DNA of 64,000 nt from Vitrella brassicaformis CCMP3155 (GCA_001179505.1 CDMY01000255.1:496001-560000); one strand, 5' to 3'. Shown: positions 35,338 to 48,890, numbered from the stretch's first letter. Made by a program: numbers and translations. Notes: generated from the sequence alone by a model not told the origin.

Positions 35338-37521
35338 ATGGCGCAAGAGAGAATCGTGAGGGCACTGGAACGAGAACAAGAAGAGCATACGCACGCGGAT
35401 GTTTGTTGTGAAATGTACGTCTGTCTTTTCAGCGTGCCTCGTCGTTCATCCGAAAGACATGTCCGGCGTCGATGTCCATGTCAGGGCCATCCCTCGTCGC
35501 CCTGCGGGACGAGAGCGCACGCAGCCTGCTGGTCAGCGAGAGGAAGGTCTTCACATGGAGGTCAGACGCGTCAGCACTCAAGGACATGATATTCAACGAC
35601 AGGTAAGAATCCGGGAAGACCTCTATCGGCCTTTGACGGCTTCTCTCTCTCTCTACTCTGTGTGTGTGTGTGCGTGTGTGTGTGTGTGTTGCAGCCTGAA
35701 TCTGCTGCTGGTTGCTGTGCCGCTGGGTGTGGTTGCTTCATCCGCCAACTGGGGTAGCTTCTGGATCTTCGCGCTCAATTTCGTCGCCTTGGTCCCGCTG
35801 GCCAAGGCGCTGGGCAGCGCGACGGAGGAGCTGGCGCTGCACGTTGGGGAGATACTGGGCGGGCTGCTCAACGCCACATTCGGCAATGCCGTCGAACTCA
35901 TCCTCACCGTGCAGTCACTGCGGCAGGTTAGAGAAAGGATGTGAATCGAGTGCAGTTTCTTTCCATCTGCAGGGAAGGGAGGCGTGTGTGTGTGTGTGCG
36001 TGTCAGGGTCTGATAGCGGTTGTGCAGGGGACGCTCTTGGGGTCGATATTGTCCAACATGCTGCTGGTGCTGGGAATGTCATTCTTCTTTGGTGGCATCT
36101 ACCACCATGTGCAGACATTCAACGTGCAGGGTAGGGTGCCTCACCCACACACCGACACAGAGGGACTTACGGTGACAGACAGGGGAATAGATGGCTGTGC
36201 TGTGTGTATCCATTCGATGATTTGATCAGGTGCCACGAGCTGCACATCTCTGCTGCTGTTGTCTGTCCTTGGGATGGCGCTGACGTCATGCTTCCACGAG
36301 TACTCGACCCTCGTGCAAGAGTCCAGCGTGCTCACGGTAAGTCATTCCGTGCAGGGAAGCCAACAGGTGATGGTTGTCGCTCGGGTGGTCTGTGGCCGCT
36401 CAGGTGTCCCGTATCGCGGCTGTGGTGATGCTGCTGACGTATGTGCTATTCATCTACTTCCAGCTGCGCACACACAGAGACCTCTTCTCTGACGACAAAG
36501 GAGGCCAGGAAGATGACCAAAGTACGCCCGCAGCAACACACATACGAACAATCAGGCGGACAGCGCATGTGGAGGTCTCAACTGCACAGTCTTGCTTCGA
36601 TGTGTGTGTGTGTGTGCAGGTGCAGCCGACATTGACGAGCTGGGGGATGTGGCCAACCTCTCGTGGGTGTCGGCTGTGTTCCTCCTGGCCGTCGTCACCC
36701 TTATCATCGCCATGAACTCTGACTACCTAGTGGGATCCATAGAAGGCATTGTGACAGAGTGGGGCGTGCCTGAGGACTTCATTGGCGTCATACTGCTGCC
36801 TATCGTCGGTCAGACAGACACACACACGCACCACATGCGCATGACACACCTTGTTTTGTCGGTCTCTCTCAGGCAATGCGGCAGAGCATTTGACGGCTGT
36901 TACAGTGGCCATGAAGAACAAGCCAGACCTGACCATTGGGGTCGCCATCGGCTCTAGCACTCAAGTAAAGCACATCACCATCAATCGGCACACGAGGGAT
37001 GGACGATTAGACCGTGCGTGTGTGTGTGTGTGTGTGTGGCCTCTTTCCCTCCCTTTGAGCAGATAGCGTTGTTTGCGGTGCCAGTGGCGGTGATAGCTGG
37101 GTGGCTGATGGATCAGCCAATGACGCTGGACTTCAACACGCTCGAGGCCACCGCACTCGCACTTAGCGTACTCGTAGTCCAAGGTGGTCTCCGTTGCAGA
37201 GTTCACACGGAGCACCTGCCTGCAGCCGTCATGTCGTTTGTGTTGTGCCACAGGTGTGCTTGCGGACGGGCAGTCCAATTGGCTGGAAGGGGTCATGCTG
37301 ATGAGCGCTTACTTCGTGATTGCCTGCATCTTCTGGTGAGAAAAAGATAACAGACAAGGCCGCGGAAAGAGCCAGCCAGGCAACATTGAAAATATGCCGG
37401 CTCGTGGCTGGCTGGCTGGCTGGCTGGTGTGTGTATGCGATGCGTGTGCAGGTACGTGCCTGCCGGTGTAGCAGACGAAACGATGCAGCCTGGCCTCGCA
37501 GCCGCCGTACCAATGAGCTGA
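35338..37521 (+). CDS. CAX: Ca2+/H+ exchanger (CAX, CaCA superfamily)
   Basis: LNLLLVAVP...[12 protein letters not shown]...TEELA...[13 protein letters not shown]; [14 protein letters not shown]; [17 protein letters not shown]; [14 protein letters not shown]; [24 protein letters not shown]|YVP...*. Both alpha-repeat motifs are present. Confidence 0.95.
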
Positions 37522-38059
37522 GGAGGCAAGCTCTCTGTCTGCCTGCAAATGAAGCGACGACTCTAGTGGGAAGGGGCGGGTGGGTGGGTGGGACGTGTAC
37601 AGACAGCGACCTGCCGATTGAGCGCTCTCATTTGTTTTGTTGAGCCGATGGATAGACGTCGTGTCGTTCCATGAAACGACAGTGGGACGATGCTCTCTGT
37701 CTGTTTTGCTTGCCGTCGGACTGACCGAGCGAATGGCATTGCGTGGCGGTCGTTGGTTTGCTCTTGGCCTGGATGTCAATATTACGTATGATGATACTCA
37801 TATACTTTATTTATGTACACGGATGTGTAGACGCGCTCACTAACTGTCTGTCTGTCTGTATTGCTCACTATCCACACACCTACAAGGAAACACAAACAGA
37901 CGGACGGACGGACGGACCTGAGCCAGCCGAGTACAAAGGCAGTGTCCGAATCACGTCAATTAGCCAGCGACCTGCCAGGGACGAAAAATAGACCGACATC
38001 ATCTCGTATGCACCCCATCGGTCCATGCAGCCATCTCATCTCACTCCCCTGCACCCATC

Positions 38060-38772
38060 TCAGGTGTCCCCCAGTAGCACTTCTGGCGGAACCGTCTCCT
38101 CCGCCTCGACTGCTTCATCGACTTCCAGCAGCATGTCGTCCATGTAAGCCGATATGTAGCTGTCCTCCTCGTCGCTTGCCGTGCTGATGGTCGTCGGCGT
38201 GTCCACCAACGTCGGGTGAGACAGGTCCAAGGAAAAGCCTTCTCGCAGGGGGGAATGCTCATTCTCTAAGGCGGTGTGCCACGAGCTGACGACCTCCTCC
38301 CAGGTCCAGTTATCGGTGTCGAAATGGACGATCTCCGCCAGCACGTCGAGGGATGCGTTGGTCGGCAGTTCGTCTGCCTTTGGGAGGTAGGAGATGGGCT
38401 GCAGGAGAATCTGATGCTCCTGGACCGTTCCGAGCGACGCCGCCAGCAGCTGCCGCACCGACCACTCAAAGGATAGCCTCTTCGCCATCTGCACCGCCAC
38501 AAATCAAAATGAACTGGGGATGGGAGAGGACGTGCAGCGTTCCTTCTCACCGTGTCGAGGCCGGTGATGTTGACGTGTGTTAATCGAAAAGAAAGCAGCG
38601 GTCTGCTTTCCTCCTCCTCGGCGCCGTCGTCCGCTTGCGTGGCCACGGCTTCAAGTCCCTCAGCATCGTGATGAGGCCGCTTCCTCGCTCCTCTCACCTT
38701 TTCGTCCACCCCAAACACTGCCGCGAGGAAGATGAAGAGGAAGAGGAAGGTTGTTAAGATGTTGGCAGGCAT
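38060..38772 (-). CDS. Secreted acidic hypothetical protein (2 exons)
   Basis: Signal peptide MPANILTTFLFLFIFLAAVFG; second exon ORF 38060-38490. Confidence 0.65.
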
Positions 38773-38838
38773 CGTAGTATAATTTCAGCCGGTGCCAGAT
38801 CCGTTTCATGAACCCTAAGGCTTGATGGTCCCTCAGCG

Positions 38839-40154
38839 ATGGTTGATTTGCCGTACGACGGTCCTCCGCGCGAGGGGACGCGCGGAGGTCTCGAGCAGTT
38901 CCGATGGGAGGACATCAAGGACCAAACCATGAAGGACAGAGAATGCTACCTGGGTACGGACACACGACAGGCACCACAGCACTCACACGCATCCTGTGTC
39001 CTCTCCCTCTCTCTGTGGGTGCGTGTGTGCGCAGGTCAGTCGTTGATGGTGGGTATGCAGGGCCGCGGCGGTCGGTTCTTCAAGCACGACTGGTGGTCGC
39101 AGAAAGTCGGCAAGGACACCCAGGCCAAGCTGCAGGAGGAGCGCGACATCACCCAGATGTACGAAGACGAACTCATGCAGGAGGCTCTGTAAGCAAAGAG
39201 AAAGCCGCTCGAAGCTGCAATCTCTCTCTCTCTGTGTGTGTGTGTCTGTGTGTGTGTGTGTGTGTGTGTCCATGTCAGTGGTGTGAAGCCCAAGAAGTTT
39301 CTCCTGCTGAAGAACCAGATGAGCGAGGAGGAACTCAAAGCGGTGAGAGCACAGAGCACACCCCCGCACAGACACAAACACCACGTCTGTCTATCTGTCG
39401 GTTGTGTTTGTTGCTTGCAGCACTTCAAGAGGGAGAAGATGAAAGAGGAGGCTCCCGAGGCGGCACAGGAAAATGGAGGTGAGCGCAAACAGAGCGCACG
39501 TCGATATTTGTCCTCTGGTCTCACTGCCTTGGTTTGACCGCAGACCCATCGCACGACAAGAAGGAGAAGCGCCATCGCTCCGCCGGCGGCTCAGAGTCGT
39601 CCGATGAAGACGCCAGAGAGCGCAAGCGCCGCAAAAAGGAGAAGAAAGCCCAGAAGCGGCAGAAGAAGGAGCAGAAGAAGGAGCAGAAGCGCTCCCGACG
39701 GCACAGAGACGACTCCGACGCCGACAGGCGGCACTCCCCCTCCCCCCGCCCCCCAGCTGATCTCTCTCCCCCTCGTCGCGAACGTCTGTCCCCCCCTCGT
39801 CGGGAGCGTCTTTCGCCCCCTCGCCGCGATCGCCACAGCGACGATGAGGACAGGGACCACCATCGACGGCGAAACGAGAAGGATGCGGGGCGGGACAGCG
39901 GGAGGGGGGATCGCGACGACGAGAGGCATCCAAGGTGAGAAGGACAAGGCAGCAGAGCAGTCCTGGTTACCAGCATCTGTTCTCGTCTTGTCTGTCTCTT
40001 CAGTCGCGCCGACCGCCGCCGCGACAGTCCAAGGCCTTCCTATCGTGACCGCCGTGAGAGGGAACGGCGGGGCAGCCCTGACCATGACAGGCAGAGGTCA
40101 CGCGGACGGGATGACGACGACAGGAGGCGATCTGACAGGGATGAACGACGATAG
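38839..40154 (+). CDS. MMTAG2: MMTAG2/C1orf35-like protein with an Arg/Asp-rich tail
   Basis: GTRGGLEQFRWEDIKDQTMKDRECYLG|QSLMVG...DWW resembles human GVRGGQDQFNWEDVK...ENYLGNSLM. Six exons; RS/RD-rich C-terminus. Confidence 0.8.
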
Positions 40155-40820
40155 GCAGAGGGGCTGGATGCAATGAGATGGGTGTGCAGGGAGGGGCTGG
40201 CAGGATGACTGACTGCGTACGTTGCGTGTCCTTTTCCAATCGTTGACGGCATCGCCATGTGTTCTGCTGGTGTCTCACCATTGATGCCGTGATGTCCGTG
40301 ACTTTCGTCAAGTGGCCTGGCGAAGGCATGAACCTCACGACAGCGATGGTACGGACCGACGCAATACCGAATGGTGTGTGCAGCAACATTCGTGGGCAGT
40401 GTCTGTCGATGGATACGGAGACTGACAGGCATATGTGCGTCTTCAGCGATCAACGAACGATTGCCAGCCACTTTTTCGACAGACGTCATTATGAATTGAA
40501 ACGCTCACGACATGCTGTGAGGGCACGCATCCAGTTGTCCTTACAATGCAGCACCATCCAGGCAGACCGAACGAATCAGAACGAGAAGGCTCCCACACAC
40601 GAAACCACACCAGCCCATGTTGCCGGAAAAAGTTCGTCGGCCTTCCTCCCTCCCTCCCTCCCTCCCTCCTGCATGTTGGTCAGTGTACAGCCATTCAACC
40701 ATGGACATGACTGAGCTCACAACAACAGCTACAGCCACGCACTACACTCCCCACCGACCCCCCATCCTCATCCCCCACCCTGCCCTCCCCTGATGGCGTC
40801 GTGGCATGGTGGCCGTCTAC

Positions 40821-41057
40821 TCACTCGTAGGGTCTGTACTTCTGGTCCATGCAGAGTCGATGGCTGTGCCAGATGCCGAGTGACCAGAACTTCTTCCAGC
40901 CGTCAGGGATTGCGGGGAAGAAGAACCAGCCGATGGTGAAGAAGCCGAAGGGCGCCCACTTGCTGAGGTTGGACCACAGCTTGTAGTACCCGTAGTTGCG
41001 CCGGTGCGTGGCCTGCGCCGTCGACGCCCATATCTTGGCGTACACCGCCTTCGTCAT
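40821..41057 (-). CDS. QCR11: Myzozoan-type cytochrome bc1 subunit QCR11
   Basis: 78-aa ORF MTKAVYAKIWASTAQATHRRNYGYYKLWSNLSKWAPFGFFTIGWFFFPAIP...LGIW with a single TM. It matches my recollection of the Toxoplasma QCR11 pattern (VYAKxWASTxQ...RRxY...FPAxP...GIW). Confidence 0.7.
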   Translation of the reverse strand: MTKAVYAKIWASTAQATHRRNYGYYKLWSNLSKWAPFGFFTIGWFFFPAIPDGWKKFWSLGIWHSHRLCMDQKYRPYE

Positions 41058-41547
41058 GACCAACCGACAGACGGACGGCTGCACACACCCAAACAGAACA
41101 AGAACCTATGTTCCTCTATGCAGTCCTTCGTGTGTTTTGCGTGGCATTCTCACCGAATGTCGTCGCTCTCCCTGAATCTAGGGTTTCTGGGGTGAAAGGG
41201 TTGGCTGGAAGGCGAGCTAAGCCGAAAAAATCGAATCATCATCACGCAACGGCACAAATTGAGGAAACGCTCACTTTCTGTTGCCCCCACGAGTTGTCTG
41301 CCTCCCCCACGAAGCCCCGACTCAGTTATGGCCAACTCCAGGCGATTGGATGACTAAAAGTCTGAAGGCCTTGCGGCCGAGAACCGACACCGACAACGCA
41401 GCATTTCTCTCAAGCGGTTATTCCATACGTAAGTAAGGACACACATTCCCCCTATCACTCGCTGAGTCTCGACACGGCAAGTCTGTGTTCCTCTGCTGCT
41501 GTTGCTGTTGCTCTGCTGTGCCGTGGCTGCTGCAGGATGAGATGTAA

Positions 41548-42057
41548 ATGGGCTGCGCTCTCTGCCGTGTGCTTCTGAGAACTGAGCCAGACATGGAGTT
41601 TTACATGCGCAACCGACTGAGGAGGGCCTCCGCCACAAAGAGGAAGAGCATCGACCAACAGTGGGAAGACGAGCTCATCACACACATCGAGACACGCTTG
41701 AGGAAAACAGAAGAAGCCCCCCCAGCAGCCCTCGTACCCCCTCCCCCACCACCCCCACGCCCCAAGAGCCCCGCCGCTTCGGCCAGGCACAGCCTTCGCG
41801 ACAGCATCTGCACGGCAGCCGCAGGGGCACCTGCTGCCGTGCAGATTCCTCCGCGGCTGGTGGCACTGAGTGCGCGGCCAGTGGACATCACAAACAAGAA
41901 TATGATCAATGAGGGCGGGGTGGCGTGGAATGCGCTGGCGATGCCGGCCCCGTTTGGCGACACTCTGGACCAGGAGGAAGAAGAGGATGAGTCAGCCGGG
42001 GGGTCGACTGGTCGGAGCAGCATGAAGTACAGGCCTAAGGCCGTGACCACGAGATAA
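41548..42057 (+). CDS. Hypothetical protein with an N-terminal MGC acylation-like motif
   Basis: 169-aa single ORF MGCALCRV..., with a Pro run and an acidic run. Confidence 0.5.
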   Translation: MGCALCRVLLRTEPDMEFYMRNRLRRASATKRKSIDQQWEDELITHIETRLRKTEEAPPAALVPPPPPPPRPKSPAASARHSLRDSICTAAAGAPAAVQIPPRLVALSARPVDITNKNMINEGGVAWNALAMPAPFGDTLDQEEEEDESAGGSTGRSSMKYRPKAVTTR

Positions 42058-42849
42058 AGAGTTGGAGCCTCGGGCATCGCGCGCCTTGGCAGGGGGCAGA
42101 AGGAAACGGGGGAGGGGGGAAAGATGGCGAAGAGGACCAATGCACTCACTGGTCGATCGATCGATGTCTGTCTATCGGCCGGCTTGGCTTTCTGGACGTT
42201 TCGGGCGTGAGTGCATGTGGTGGCTGCCTGCCATGGTTAGTTGGCTGTCTGCCCATCTCTCTCACTTGCTCGCTGCATGAGTGGTCTTTCTCTCGTCAGA
42301 GGTCGCTTCTCGCTGTGCTGCGGTTGGGGGGCTTGTTGATCGAGACACAATCAACTTATGTGCATGTCGAGTCTTTCATGAATGACTGCCGGCCGTTCAA
42401 ATGCTGCATGCATGCATGTGGTCCGCTCTCCTCACAATAAGGTATTCTGCACCCATTCCATTGCATTCAAAGCCAAAACAAAAAACAGACAGTAGAAAAA
42501 TCTCACAGGGCGGAAGAGGATATCGGCTCCATCTAGCTATCGCACATTTAGAACACCCTCGTGTCGCTAAAGGCCTCACATCAATGAAAGTGCCAGTGGT
42601 GACAAAAAGTCAGCCCGCTTCTTCTTTGCCTCGATCAGTAGAGACCGGGAGGCGCCACGCCAGATCGCGAGACGACAGCCACAGGCAGGCAATAACGCTC
42701 CGACGAGTGCAAAGGGTTGGCGACGGTGACATGGCCATGCGCCCTAGAGAGGAAACCAGAGGGCAGCAGGAAGGCCAGAATCAGATGCTGACCACCCTGC
42801 ACACCCACATAAATGCACAGACAGCCACGCAGAGCATTGTGATATCAAG

Positions 42850-43800
42850 ACAGCGGGGGTCTGACAGAGAAAGTCCAGGCAATCAATGCACCACCGACCT
42901 TCGTGTATCCGAGCGAAACGGAAGGAGTGGCGCCGAAGAATTCAGCAGGGATGCCGCATTTTCGGCAGTTGACGTTCCAGCTGTTGCGGCAGATATTGAC
43001 GAGGCTGCTCAGGTCCGTACCGTGCCTGCATCAACCCATCAGCCACACCACATATAGACAGCGCTCAGAAGGCAACATCAGTGTCAGTGACCCATGCATG
43101 CATCACATTACCAGGCGAACACTCCTCCCGCCTTCATGGCCTCACACATGGCCTCGACAGTGCCATAGCTGCCGCACAGCTGCTGCAGAGCCTGGAAGAA
43201 CGCCTGAATGGATGGACGTGGGGATGACAGTGAGTGCACACGACGGTCAGCTGAGGCATGCAGCCTTCGTTAGTACCTGCACTGCCGGAGAGGATGTAGG
43301 GTTGTACAGACCAGGATTGATCGTGACCTGCACACACACACAAGATCCACGAACATACACGTGGTGACGTGCACCGTTTCCGCATTGAATTGCTCCTTTC
43401 GCTGCATTCTACCGTGACAGAGCCACCGAACTGAGCCGCGTGCTGCTGTGCGAATGAGTAAGCCTGCTGCACGATCCATTGGAGGAGCACCAAAACAGCC
43501 TGCGACGAACCGACGACCTCAAGACCCATCTCAATTGTGCGGTGTGTGAGCGGTAAGGGGCAGACGGCGAGAGAACAGTGCCTGCAGATCCACGTGGAGC
43601 GTCCACACGCTGACGGCAGGATGCCAGGAATACATGATGTCTGCGAGGAGGAATACGGTAGGGTCTTGTTCCTGCTGAGTCGCGAAGCGCCGCGAGAAGC
43701 GCAGGACGAAGAAACAGATACGTAGGCGCAGAATCCATGCTGCGAGCAGGTTTGAGGCCAGCAGGCAGGCGAGGGCAAGCCTGTGAGTGACCTCATGAAT
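42850..43800 (-). CDS. Possible hypothetical multi-exon gene
   Basis: Protein-like segments IEMGLEVVGSSQAVLVLLQWIVQQAYSF..., IQAFFQALQQLCGSYGTVEAMCEAM... and TDLSSLVNICRNSWNVNCRKCGIP.... The model is not closed. Confidence 0.3.
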
Positions 43801-43895
43801 TTACGTCTTCGTACGCGATCCCGCTCGATTAGCCGTTGAAGGCTTTGATTCTCAGCGATTGATGCCAAGGAGCGTCTCGTGAACCTTCCAGTCAG

Positions 43896-45715
43896 ATGAC
43901 AGCAATGAAGTCCGCCAGCGCCGCCAAGAAGCAAAGCTCCCACGGACAGTCACGATGGCGGTTCGCAGCAGCGATGGTGGCGGCGAGCGCCCTGCTCGTC
44001 ATCGGACTGGTCACCCTCCCGATGATGACCGTGCATGAGGAGGAGCCCGCACGCAGACGCCTCGGCATCTTCTCGGGCCTCCTGCCCCGGAACTTCCTCA
44101 ACTCCATCAGAAAGTGAGACACACACGCGCCACCATGCACCCTGTCACCGCACAAATTCCGTACATGTGTGGCTCTCTCCTCCTCTGTGTGTGCAGCGTC
44201 GTGAGCTTCGGCAACTGGGGCGCAGACGTCGGCCGCAACCGTGTGGAGCGCGCCACGAGTGTCGGCGTGGGCAACTCGAACAACTTCATCGGCGTGGGTG
44301 CCAACCAGCAGGAGCGGTCCTTCCAGACAGACGTCCTCGCCGGGCCGGCCTCGGTCAGCGCCGGGGCCTCAGAGGAGCTCGGCAGTGCCGACGTCAGCGG
44401 AGGGGTGGGTGTGGGCTCCGGCGCGTTGGGGCTGAGCGCTCTCGGCTCATCCATCCTCCCCGGCATAGCCACACCTCGTGGCAGGAGGAGCAGAGCTAGT
44501 AGCCGCTCGACGGGGCGAGGCCTGCAGGCCGATGAGGCGGCGGAGGCCGCCGGGCCGACCCCTGCGGCGAGTGAGGACTACTACGGTGACGCCCCGGACC
44601 GCGACATCATGGAGGCCGCACTGGACGAGGCAAATGCCGCCGAGCCAGCAGAGGAGGACAGCGAGAGCGCCGAGGCAGCCAAGCCGGCCGAGGAGGGTGA
44701 TGCGTCGGAGGGGGAGGAGATCCTCGAGGGCCGGCCTCCCGGCCCTTACCGCGACCCTTCTGCTGGCACTCCAATGTTCCCCGATCAGCCAGAGGGTGAC
44801 CTGCCGCTGCCCCCAGCTGCTCACCCCGAGCCCGCCTCTGAGGCTGGTGAGGCCGCCGAGCTGCCCCAGGCCTCCTACTCGTCCCAGCCCCGCCCCCGCC
44901 CCTCCTACTATGGCGACGATGAGGAGCACGAGCAGCCTGCGGCTCACGAGCCCGAGGCGGCCCCCGATGCCTCGCCAGAGGAAGCCGGTGAGGCCGACCT
45001 CCCCGACTACACCCACCAAGTGACCTACGAGCTGGACCAGGAGGCCCGCACCATCGGCCGCAACCGCTCCAATGACACGCCCATCTCCACCGGCGAGTGG
45101 CTGACCGTCGAGCAGCAGCAGCAGCAGCAGCAGGCCGCGGAGGACGGTGAGGCCGCCGAGGACGCCGAGGGCGAGCGCGCTCCCCGGCCTCGCCCCCGCG
45201 GCAGACCTGAAGGCGACGACTCGGGCCCGGTCAAGCGCTCGGTCGATTGGGCCGGCGGCGTCATCGACAACATGCGCGACCGGCTTCAGGGTCTGTCGAC
45301 GGACATCGAGAAGAAGATCCTGGAGAGAGATCCCGACGGCCAGCTCTTCCCACTGGAGTTCCGTGAGGAGACGGTGGAGAAGAAGCGGGCGCAGAGGGAG
45401 AAGGAGCGTAAAGGCAAGGGCCCTCCCCCGCCACCGCCAGGACGTGCAGGCAAGGGCAAGGGCAGCATGGGCAAGGGCAAAGGCAAGGGGTCAGCGGCCA
45501 AGCGCGAGAAGGACCACGTGATGGACGGTGAGGTGAAGATGGCCTCCAAGGCTGAGGCTGGCCACAAGAAGGTCGAGGAGGGCCTGTTGTCGGCCCATGC
45601 ACACGCCACGCAGGCCTCCAAGTGGGACCGGCAGATGGGGGGGCCGAGGGACAGCAGCAGCAGCAGCAGAGAGGGTGGCAAGGGGCCAAAGAGCCGCAAC
45701 ACTCAAGACAGCTAG
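43896..45715 (+). CDS. Signal-anchored, highly acidic, low-complexity protein (2 exons)
   Basis: MTAMKSAS...RWRFAAAMVAASALLVIGLVTLPMM (TM), then EEEPARRRLG. Intron at about 44114-44196, then a long E/A/P-rich exon to the stop at 45715. Confidence 0.7.
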
Positions 45716-47643
45716 ACAGACAGACAGCTGTATGCTATCCTTTGCACACATACATACACACATACATACACACATCACATACATGTGATGTGCGCGTGTC
45801 GTGTAGGTGTGCAAAGGAAGGTTGATGCAATACCCATCAGCCAGCCAGCCAGCCAGGCACACATGTGTTTGTCGATAACAATGTATTGCAATGTCCCGAG
45901 AGGGGAGGGGAGGGGAGGGGAGAGGGATGGGGGAGAGGGAGGGCTTCGTGTACATGAAGGACACACAGATACACACACCATACTAACAGGTTTATAGGTG
46001 AGTGATTACTCGGCTGGCTGTCTTTACGTTGCTTGCGCACGTTTGTTGATTGGTTGAGTGAATGAATGGCTGGCTGGCCCACGTCGTTTTCTGCAGAATG
46101 GGAGGGATACGCACCACCAGACACCAGAGAGAGGGAAAGGCAGAGGGGCAGGGGCGTAGTTGATTGAATTCAGTCCAATCTATCTGTCTGCTGTGTCCAT
46201 GTGTTGTGTACATAATTCAGTTGTCATTTTTCGATATTACCGATAGATAAACAAATAGTCACGGCTGGTGGGTGGGTGGGGGGAGGGGGGGCGTAGAGAT
46301 GTGTGTGTGTGTGTGTGTGTTTCTATTCTATATGTGGCTCTTCTTAAGAACAGCTGCATACAGACCGACTTAAGTCGTTGCTCCTTGCGCTTCACAGGAT
46401 ATAGTTTGTTTCAATTCACAAAGAGGCGGTTGACACGATCAATGAATAATCGATACTGACTGACTGACTGACAATAATCAGGGGGTCCGCACCGCAATCA
46501 CCGCGCAGACACACACACACACACACACACAAATCCCCTAATCCATCCATCCATCCACCCACCCACCCACAACACACATACGATACGCCCCGGGGGCTAT
46601 GGATGGACGGACGGACACACAACTTCATTCACCTTGTCTGTCTGTCCATTTTGGTTTAAAACATAAGACCAAATCAGCCGTCCCCACCCTCCCATCCCCC
46701 CAGAAATCCGTCAATCACCGCTCTCTAGTGTACACGGTCTACCTACTGTGTGTGTGTGTGAATGATGGATGGAGAGACGGCTGGCTGGCTGGCTGGCTGG
46801 CTGAATGGGCAGCAGGCGATCGACTTGACCAGACACAACTCACTCATTCACTGCCTGTGCCTGCATGTCACTCAGCCAAGCCAAGCCACCACATAGTAGC
46901 TATGTGTGTGTGTGCGTCAAGTACTGCCAACAAGCCAGGGAGGAAGGGGCCCACACACACGAGACAGACACACGAGGTAGCAAAACACCACCCCCTCCTC
47001 TCCATAGCTTTCCTCTGCGTGTCGGGTCGGGTCAGTCGAGTGGCCGCAGCCAGCCAGCCGCAACAAAAACGACCGTACCGAACGAACGAATCTGCTCTGC
47101 CGCACTCTGTCTGTCTGTGGTTGGAAAAAAGCCGCTAAACGAACGAACGAATTGCTTGTGGTGAGTGAGTGAGTGGTTGACAAAGAAAACAGCACATACA
47201 AACATACAAACATACATACAACACCCCTGCCCAGCCAGCCCCTCGTCCCGACCCCNNNNNNNNNNNNNNNNNNNNNNNNNNNNNNNNNNNNNNNNNNNNN
47301 NNNNNNNNNNNNNNNNNNNNNNNNNNNNNNNNNNNNNNNNNNNNNNNNNNNNNNNNNNNNNNNNNNNNNNNNNNNNNNNNNNNNNNNNNNNNNNNNNNNN
47401 NNNNNNNNNNNNNNNNNNNNNNNNNNNNNNNNNNNNNNNNNNNNNNNNNNNNNNNNNNNNNNNNNNNNNNNNNNNNNNNNNNNNNNNNNNNNNNNNNNNN
47501 NNNNNNNNNNNNNNNNNNNNNNNNNNNNNNNNNNNNNNNNNNNNNNNNNNNNNNNCCCCACCCCCCCATCAGCAGCGCCAGGGAGCCAGCCAGCCAGCCA
47601 GCCCGCCATCAAACCAAAGTCATCACTCGACTCGCTCACTGAC

Positions 47644-48890
47644 TCACACCAGGGACTCGCCCGGCGGCCGCGTGTGAGCTTCCCTCCCAGCCGAGCAGTC
47701 AATTATAGATTGCGCCCTCGGCTCCGCAGCAGAAAGGCCCACATTGGCATTCCAGCTGCTGCTGTGTGTACACACCGCCACCGCCACCCCCCCAGCCTCC
47801 TCCACCACGTGGCTGTCGCCCTCCTCCCCCTCCTCGCCAAGGCTCATGCGCCTCGCCATCTGCAGACCTCTCTCGAGGCCGAGCAGACCGTCGTTGCTGT
47901 CGGTGGGGTCGAAGTCCATCCCGCGCCTCAGGGCGGCCTCCCTGCTGAGCTCCAAGAGGCTCACGTGGATGTCCACGGCGCTGTCGAACGAGTGGGGGAG
48001 GGAGGGGCGGGGCGTCCTGTCACTCTTCCCGTCGTCGGGTGGTTCGGCTGCCGACGACAGTGTCTGGGGGACACCAGGTGTGTCGGACTGTTCTGCGGGC
48101 GAGGGAGGGTCCGACATCCCCCCAGCTCCAGCAGCCGGTGGGTCGATGCCATCGGACACCTGCATGCTGCCCGTTGCCGTGTGTCTGTAGGGCGCCATGA
48201 GCAGCTCGAGGGATACGGGCGGGGGGCTCTCCCCGGGAGAGCGGAAGAATGAGGTGTAGGTGCTGCCGTTGGCGTTGTTGCTGTCCGACGAGCTGCCGTG
48301 AGGCGGCGCTCGCGTCGACTGGCTGGGCCCCGACACCGATGGAGGAATGACGCCCAGCCTCTCGGGATCGTCAACATACAGACCCTCCGCCTCTGCCTCT
48401 GCCGCCGCCTCTTCGGCATCGCACTCGGGGATGACCTGCCTGCTGATGCTGATATTGCCGAGTGAGCCACCGATGCCCACGCCGCCACAGGCGTCACCGC
48501 CGAGCGTGTGGTGGACGTAGCCGGTGTTGTGATGGTGTCGCTGCTGGGCGGGGGGGCTGGAGGGGGAGGGCTTGGGGTGGTGAGAATGGGGGTGGTGGGA
48601 GTGGCGGCCGCGTGTTTTGCGGCGGGGGATGCGGAAGTGACGCGCAGGGAGCGACTGCATCATCACACACACCACACCACACGGACTTGAACAATCCTCC
48701 TTCCTCAGTGCATGTCCGTTGCGTGCATATATCGTGAGTGTGTGTGACCACCTTACGTACCTTCCACACGAGTAGGTAGAGCAGGCACCAGGAGAGGATG
48801 AAGAGGCCTCCCCCGACGAGCCGCAGGTTGGTGTTGGTCGCCCAGTCGTAGGCTGTGTTGGCGCTCGTGGATGGACTTGACATCCCATCA
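47644..48890 (-). CDS. Single-TM low-complexity hypothetical protein
   Basis: Exon 1 MSSPSTSANTAYDW...GGGLFILSWCLLYLLVW; long second exon rich in His/Pro/Ser. Confidence 0.5.

Noticed and set aside
5854-41057. Respiratory-chain gene cluster (Cbp3, COX6A-like, QCR11)
   Set aside because: The genes are separated by many unrelated genes over 35 kb, which is compatible with chance in a gene-dense genome.
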